From Candidatus Bathyarchaeota archaeon (GTDB lineage: Archaea > Thermoproteota > Bathyarchaeia > Bathyarchaeales > Bathycorpusculaceae): a stretch of 64,000 nt of DNA. A program made the position numbers and the translations under genes. The DNA is taken from contig OY969706.1 in the NCBI GenBank assembly GCA_963702095.1, positions 1,120,001-1,184,000 of the forward strand, in the 5' to 3' direction. Below the pieces are notes generated by a model that searched no databases, was not told where the DNA came from, and was given only the letters and a program-made list of their open reading frames with translations. Of the stretch, positions 58,838-64,000 are shown piece by piece (position 1 is the stretch's first letter; every line of letters begins with the position of its first letter).

Positions 58838-60319
58838 TTAATAGGGGCTCTTTCGTTTAAGCAGCAACAAGACCAAAGCAGCCACTGCCAAAACAAAAAT
58901 AGCAATCACCAAGGCAGCGAGCGTTCCAGAATTTTGAGTTATTCTGCCTAAGAAAGCCGTGGACTGGGTTGGCTGCATAGTCGGCGCGGGTGCTTTTTGG
59001 AGAACATAATTCGCTTGGATTACGCCATCTTCTGCTATCAAGATGCCCTTTTGCGTCTCTGATAATCCAGAGGTTTGTGTCCACACGTAACTGTCCCCTG
59101 TACCTATGGGCAGTTGGGTGCTGTACGCGTAGTTGTGGGGGCTGCCAATATCCCAAGTGAATGTCACAGGTAATTGGGAGACTGTGTAGTTTACGGAGTC
59201 CACACATAAAACCGTCCAGTCCACATCCGTCAAGCCTTCTTGACTAAAACTGACCGCGCAAGTTTGGACTTTGTAGGCGTATTTCAAGTCGCCGTTGGTC
59301 TGGTCGTAGTAGCATATGTTAGGATTACCGCTGGAGTCAACAACCAAAGAGTTGTAGAAGCCTACTTTGCCGTTTGTATCCACTTTTTCTATGTTCCAAG
59401 TCTGGTTGCTCCATGAAGCATAGTACAATGCCAAGTCGCCATCGTGGAAGTAGCTTATTTGGGGGTTTCCGTTAGGGTCCAAGCCTATTGATGCATAGCT
59501 GCCAGACCAGTCGACGACCTGCGTGCTCCACATAGCCCCTGTCCAAGCAGCGGTTTCAAGCTGCCAACTTGGATAGTACTGGTAGGTTATATGCGGCTTT
59601 CCCGAGGAATCTAAAGCAAGGGATATCCCTTGGGAGGGGCCGTCACTTTCTGCCACATCTTGAATGTTCCAGTTTGAACCAGTCCACAAAGCGTACTTTA
59701 CGACTTCTTGGTCGTAGTAGACTACGTGAGGATTTCCGGTTGCATCTAAGGCAATGGCGCTATAGCCACCAATTGCCCCTGCCTTAGCCACGGTTTGGAT
59801 GTTCCATGTTGAACCAGTCAAGGTTGCATAGTTAAGGCGTCCAGCTGCATCTATATAGGATACATGGGGGCTGCCAGAGGAATCCAACGCTAAAGAGACA
59901 CTGTTGCCCCACTCAGTGCCTATAGATTGTGTGCTCCAACTTTGGCCCGTCCAATAAGCATACTTTAAGGCTTGAGTGAAAACTTCACGGTAAACAATAT
60001 GCGGGTTATCTGAAGCATCAAGGGCAATGGAGGTGGCGCCGCCGACGTCGCCGTTGGAATCCACGGTTTGAGTGATCCACTCCGAGCCAGTCCAATAAGC
60101 ATACTTCAAATCGTAGTTACTGGTGTCTTGGTAGCTTATGTGTGGGTTGCCCTGAGAGTCTAAAGATAGGGAACACCATTCGCCGACGTTTCCTGCGGAA
60201 TCCACCGTTTGGATAACCCACCGTGAACCCGCCTGCACCTGCGGCAGAAACATCAGAGTAGAAGTGGATAGGAGAAGAAAAATTGCTAAGAGGGCAATTG
60301 ACCGGGAGGACTTACTCAT
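58838..60319 (-). CDS. Exported beta-propeller-like repeat surface protein with C-terminal TM
   Basis: About 7 repeats of W.IQTVD..G...SLALD..G.PHISY....LKYA; TM + KRK. Confidence 0.85.
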   Translation of the reverse strand: MSKSSRSIALLAIFLLLSTSTLMFLPQVQAGSRWVIQTVDSAGNVGEWCSLSLDSQGNPHISYQDTSNYDLKYAYWTGSEWITQTVDSNGDVGGATSIALDASDNPHIVYREVFTQALKYAYWTGQSWSTQSIGTEWGNSVSLALDSSGSPHVSYIDAAGRLNYATLTGSTWNIQTVAKAGAIGGYSAIALDATGNPHVVYYDQEVVKYALWTGSNWNIQDVAESDGPSQGISLALDSSGKPHITYQYYPSWQLETAAWTGAMWSTQVVDWSGSYASIGLDPNGNPQISYFHDGDLALYYASWSNQTWNIEKVDTNGKVGFYNSLVVDSSGNPNICYYDQTNGDLKYAYKVQTCAVSFSQEGLTDVDWTVLCVDSVNYTVSQLPVTFTWDIGSPHNYAYSTQLPIGTGDSYVWTQTSGLSETQKGILIAEDGVIQANYVLQKAPAPTMQPTQSTAFLGRITQNSGTLAALVIAIFVLAVAALVLLLLKRKSPY

Positions 60320-60375
60320 GGGGTTCGCCTGCCTGAATGGGGGAAACGTTGCGTATATAATTTACTCAACGCAGG

Positions 60376-60777
60376 CTAGTAGGGTTTGAAGCAGTACCGC
60401 TGCCACTGAGGCCACTGCTGCGGCTGGCTGCATGAGCCAAAATCAACCTTTAACTCCATGCCGATTTTAAGCTGCTCCTGCGTTACCCCCTGAATCATGC
60501 ACGGAATCCTTAGACCGCCTGCCAATTCAACGATGCCGACTGCGTAGGGCGTCAAGTTTTGGAATTGCTGTGGAGCCACGTTGATGACTGTGTAGGTGAG
60601 CAGTTTTCCTTTGCCTGAAACGTTGACCCAGCTGAATTTTTCGGAGCCGCAGTTATCGCAGAATGGGCGGGGCGGCATGTGGGTTTTTCCGCATTTCTGG
60701 CATAAGCCAGCCATCAATTTGCCTTGCCCAAGGAACTTGTAAAACTGCTCGATAGTAAAAGGCGCAATGGTGCTCAT
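60376..60777 (-). CDS. DUF35 Zn-ribbon/OB-fold thiolase partner
   Basis: CQKCG..PPRPFCDNC, GKLLTYT, PYAVGIVEL. Confidence 0.92.
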   Translation of the reverse strand: MSTIAPFTIEQFYKFLGQGKLMAGLCQKCGKTHMPPRPFCDNCGSEKFSWVNVSGKGKLLTYTVINVAPQQFQNLTPYAVGIVELAGGLRIPCMIQGVTQEQLKIGMELKVDFGSCSQPQQWPQWQRYCFKPY

Positions 60778-61953
60778 TATTGCTCTCTCCTGTAAATGTG
60801 GACTGCTGCCGTGGCACCGCTGCCGCCGATGTTGTGGGTTAAGCCGACCTGCGCGTCTTTTACTTGGCGTTTTTCAGCTTGGTCGGTGAGTTGGAGGTAC
60901 ATTTCGTAGGCTTGTGCAGTGCCGGTTGCGCCGACTGGGTGTCCTTTGGATTTCAAGCCGCCGCTGGTGTTCACTGGAATGCGCCCGCCCAGTTGTGTTG
61001 CGCCGCTGTCGATTAGTTTGCCACTTTCGCCAGCTTTGCAGAAGCCAAGGTCCTCATATGCAATCATTTCGGCGATTGTGAAGCAATCATGCACTTCTGC
61101 CAAGTTAACTTGGTCGGGTTTAACCTGTGCCATCTCGTAGGCTTCTTTAGAGGCTAGCTTGGTTGATTGGAGCGAAGTGAAGCTGCACCGTTCATAGAGT
61201 CCGATGGCGTCGGTGGCTTGTCCGCTGCCTATGATGTGGACGGGTTGGTCACTGTATTTTTTGGCGAGTTCAGGCTTGGTTAATATGATGCAGCTTGCGC
61301 CGTCTGTTATGAGGGAGCAATCGTAGAGTTTAAGCGGCGCACGCAACATACTTCGAGGACATGACGGTCTCAAGCGTTACTTCTTTTTGCATGTGTGCCT
61401 TGGGGTTTAACAGTCCGTGGCGGTGGTTTTTAACTGCGACTTTACCGATTTGCTCCTCAGTGGTGCCGTAGGCATGCATGTGCGCGGTTGCCATCATGGC
61501 GAATAAGCCGGGGAACGTGATGCCGTTGAACTGTTCAAAGGGGTAATCGGCTGCCATCGCAAGGTACTCGGTGACTTCCGCGGTGGTTCGATGCGTCATT
61601 TTCTCCACGCCGCCGACGACGGCGACGTCGCTGAGGCCCGAGAGGACAGCGTAGATGCCGGTGCGTAATGCGGCGCCTGATGATCCGCAGGCTGCTTCAA
61701 CCCGGGTGGCTGCTACGCCTCGGAGCCCGATCCAGTCGGCGATGGTTGCGCCCGTGTGGCCCTGGTGCTCGTAGGCTTCGCCCATGTGCCCGATGAACAT
61801 GGCTTTAACGTCTTTTTTTGGTTCCAGTTTGGGGCAGCGGCTAAACGCTTCCGATGCTGCTTGCCCAAAAATTTCTCTACCAAGTAAGCCTTCGTGTTTA
61901 CCGAATTTCGACATGCCAGCGCCGATTATGCTGACCAGTGGTTTCCCATTCAA
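60777..61953 (-). CDS. Archaeal acetoacetyl-CoA thiolase (frameshift near 61339)
   Basis: VEAACGSSG, VGGVEKM, KNH..G..NPKAH / PLKLYDCS, EVHDCFT, KGHPVGATG, HNIGG. Confidence 0.9.
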
Positions 61954-62054
61954 ACCCGATGTACTCCTCTCTGTGGCATTACAGTGATGGCGAGCAAGAA
62001 TAAAAACTATACAACAACAATCAGAACGAAGGCTTTTAAACCTACTCAAGGGGC

Positions 62055-62321
62055 TTAAAGTTTGTTTATCAGCATGTACTTCCAAGTAAACCTATTAATC
62101 AAGTATCCACCCGCTAAACATGCAAAAAGCAGGACCGTTAGAAGGAGAATTTGACCGCTTCCACCAAAAGTATCGCTTATTTGTGCACTGTACCCGCTTA
62201 GATGCAAAATAAAGATTGAAGCAAACCAAAGAAGCAAACCGAATACAACGAATCTTGCGTAATAATTAGTTGTCTTGTATTTGGGGGTAACTTGCTTCTT
62301 TTTGGAATTCACTTGGTACAC
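62055..62321 (-). CDS. Small two-TM membrane protein
   Basis: Two hydrophobic helices. Confidence 0.55.
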   Translation of the reverse strand: MYQVNSKKKQVTPKYKTTNYYARFVVFGLLLWFASIFILHLSGYSAQISDTFGGSGQILLLTVLLFACLAGGYLINRFTWKYMLINKL

Positions 62322-62628
62322 CGACCTTGTTGACAGAACGTTAACGTATTAAGTTGAATAATGCTTATCTGCTTTTGTTATTTGCTCTTTTTTTAGAAAC
62401 CGAACAGCGAGGTTTTGGTCTTTTGCAGTATGGCAGTTTGCCTTTGGCGGCGTGGTAGGTGGTGCATTCGGTGCATCTGCCTTGGCGGATGTATTTCTTT
62501 TTTGGGCAGGGCAGTCTTCTTTGTGCTAAATGCGGGAATAGCCAATTTGTATGTTGCTCCACATCCACATGGAGCCCGACCCAACATGGAGCCCTGTATA
62601 GCGTGTGGAAGAAAACGCCGCTGCCACA

Positions 62629-62726
62629 CCGAAACAGACGCCGAAAACCGTTGCAACCCTAAAAAGTAGCCTCCTTCTTAAACCGTCTTGTGGTGCCCCG
62701 TAAACTGCCATACCCCCATAAAGAGA
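62629..62726 (+). repeat. Repeat family B, copy 2
   Basis: Ungapped match to 22815..22912. Confidence 0.65.
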
Positions 62727-62944
62727 ACCGAAGATAACCAAGTACGTTAGGGATGGCTGGCTTTTAAATTTAAGCAAAGAAGGAAGGTTCTCTGGTGATT
62801 GTACTAATAAAACAGTTAATTGCTGTCGGTCTATCGAAATTTTTTTAAGAGAAAGACCTTAATAAACTTAAAATAGTTTCTCAATAATGAAGCGCTATAC
62901 AACTATTTAAATAACAAAGTGAGCATTGAAACTTTGGGTTCGCT

Positions 62945-63244
62945 TTGGTATGCAAATACCTCACCGATAAAGGTGCATGCAACGCATTTCGTGAAAAGTG
63001 GGAGTGCATTTTCCCAGAACACCGCCTAAAAAGCCACGAAGCATGCCCAAGATACCAATTCAATAAAGAAAAAGTTGTAAAAGAAGGCGAGGAGTATTTG
63101 CAGGCTCAACCCTTGACTGATTTATACAACAGCAGGTCAAAAGTTTCGGCTTTTCAGCTTGTGGAATCAGTCTCAACCAGCCTGCAACCCGACACCGACG
63201 CAGACACAAAAAAGCAATCGCCCAAACAACTCATTGAAAAATGA
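62945..63244 (+). CDS. Small Cys-containing hypothetical protein whose 3' end is supplied by repeat A
   Basis: CKYL...C...C...CPRY; last ~29 codons lie within the repeat. Confidence 0.5.
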   Translation: MVCKYLTDKGACNAFREKWECIFPEHRLKSHEACPRYQFNKEKVVKEGEEYLQAQPLTDLYNSRSKVSAFQLVESVSTSLQPDTDADTKKQSPKQLIEK

Positions 63245-63283
63245 TGAGCAAGAACAACACTCTCTTCTTCTAACACTAGAAAA
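63154..63283 (+). repeat. Repeat family A, copy 6
   Basis: Near-identical to 49668..49798. Confidence 0.92.
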
Positions 63284-63308
63284 CAAAAACTAAGAAAAGG
63301 AAGATTGT

Positions 63309-63848
63309 TTATTCTACTACGTAACGGTATGTTATATGTTCGCCTGCAGTAGTGCTTTTACGAGTGATTTTTAATACGTCGCCGGGTTCTGCGCCGATGG
63401 CTTTGACTGCGGGGTCGCCGGAGCGGATTTGAGGCATCTGGTACGGCTTCACTCTGTACTGGGCAAGCAACTCTTTCTTTTCTTTCTCGCTAAGTATCTC
63501 GTGGTAAGGCACCAAGGCATGCTCGAAAATGTCGAACACTGGGAAGGATTTGGGCAGCAACTCAACATTCTTCTTTTTAGCGCCTAACTTGACGGCGTGG
63601 GTGTAGCGTCCTTCGGTGACGACGATGGCGCGTTCAAGTTCTTTCTCCTTCAACACTTTGTAGAGAGTGTTCATGGCTGCGATGCCAACTGTGGCTTCGC
63701 CTAGGATGCACCAGACAATCGCTCTTTCCTTGTTCTGGGGTATATCGATTATGTAGGCGTATGCGCCTTCATACTTCTGTTTCTCGACAAGCTTGTATTT
63801 TCTGAGTTTTATGAGGACTTCCGCTTTGCGTTCTTCGATCGTTTCCAT
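63309..63848 (-). CDS. rpo5: RNA polymerase subunit Rpo5 (RpoH) with N-terminal extra domain
   Basis: [32 protein letters not shown]...YRYVV; ~100 aa N-terminal alpha/beta domain. Confidence 0.93.
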   Translation of the reverse strand: METIEERKAEVLIKLRKYKLVEKQKYEGAYAYIIDIPQNKERAIVWCILGEATVGIAAMNTLYKVLKEKELERAIVVTEGRYTHAVKLGAKKKNVELLPKSFPVFDIFEHALVPYHEILSEKEKKELLAQYRVKPYQMPQIRSGDPAVKAIGAEPGDVLKITRKSTTAGEHITYRYVVE

Positions 63849-64000
63849 TTTGGTGCTCAAACCACAAACCTCAAACGTAGAATACCTCGCAACTAAAATA
63901 AACATCTACCCTTAAACTTTTCTCTCACCGAAAGCTAATCCCCGTCCCAACTGCGCATTTTTAGCCATAAAAACGCAAAAATTATTAGCACAATCAGCCA

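Noticed and set aside
59270-60220. Regularly spaced nucleotide repeats
   Set aside because: Protein repeats within a CDS; not a CRISPR array. No CRISPR array or cas gene was seen in the window.
62365-62568. Small Cys-rich ORF (CPKKKYIRQGRCTEC..YH..KGKLPYC)
   Set aside because: Resembles a small metal-binding protein but has no convincing start; possibly a decayed gene, too weak to list.

Overview
Archaeal chromosomal window, most likely Bathyarchaeia. This is inferred from pantoate kinase, geranylgeranyl reductase, CTP-dependent riboflavin kinase, Dph5, thiolase/DUF35, an extended Rpo5, and many signal-peptide plus C-terminal-TM surface proteins. Housekeeping blocks (CoA, flavin, cobalamin, PEPCK/Asn synthetase) alternate with accessory regions. 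The accessory regions hold surface-protein arrays, three AbrB-PIN toxin-antitoxin pairs, an IS6-like DDE element in an AT-rich membrane-gene island, and a DUF4011 helicase-nuclease. The standout is a four-gene locus at 14.9-22.7 kb. It encodes (1) an exported single-pass membrane protein, (2) a ~900 aa tubulin/FtsZ-superfamily GTPase with intact motifs and a ~430 aa helical insert, (3) a second tubulin/FtsZ-fold protein with degenerate GTP motifs, and (4) a polytopic membrane protein with a long cytoplasmic helical domain. This is a candidate undescribed membrane-linked cytoskeletal system. Also seen: a dispersed ~130 bp repeat family (6 copies, plus 2 related), a 242 bp hairpin with partial copies, a GTCAA palindrome at fixed distance from the TATA boxes of surface-protein genes, and a two-domain (RPB5-like) Rpo5. 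Several single-base frameshifts in core genes suggest assembly indels. All family assignments are by eye from motifs; no searches were run.
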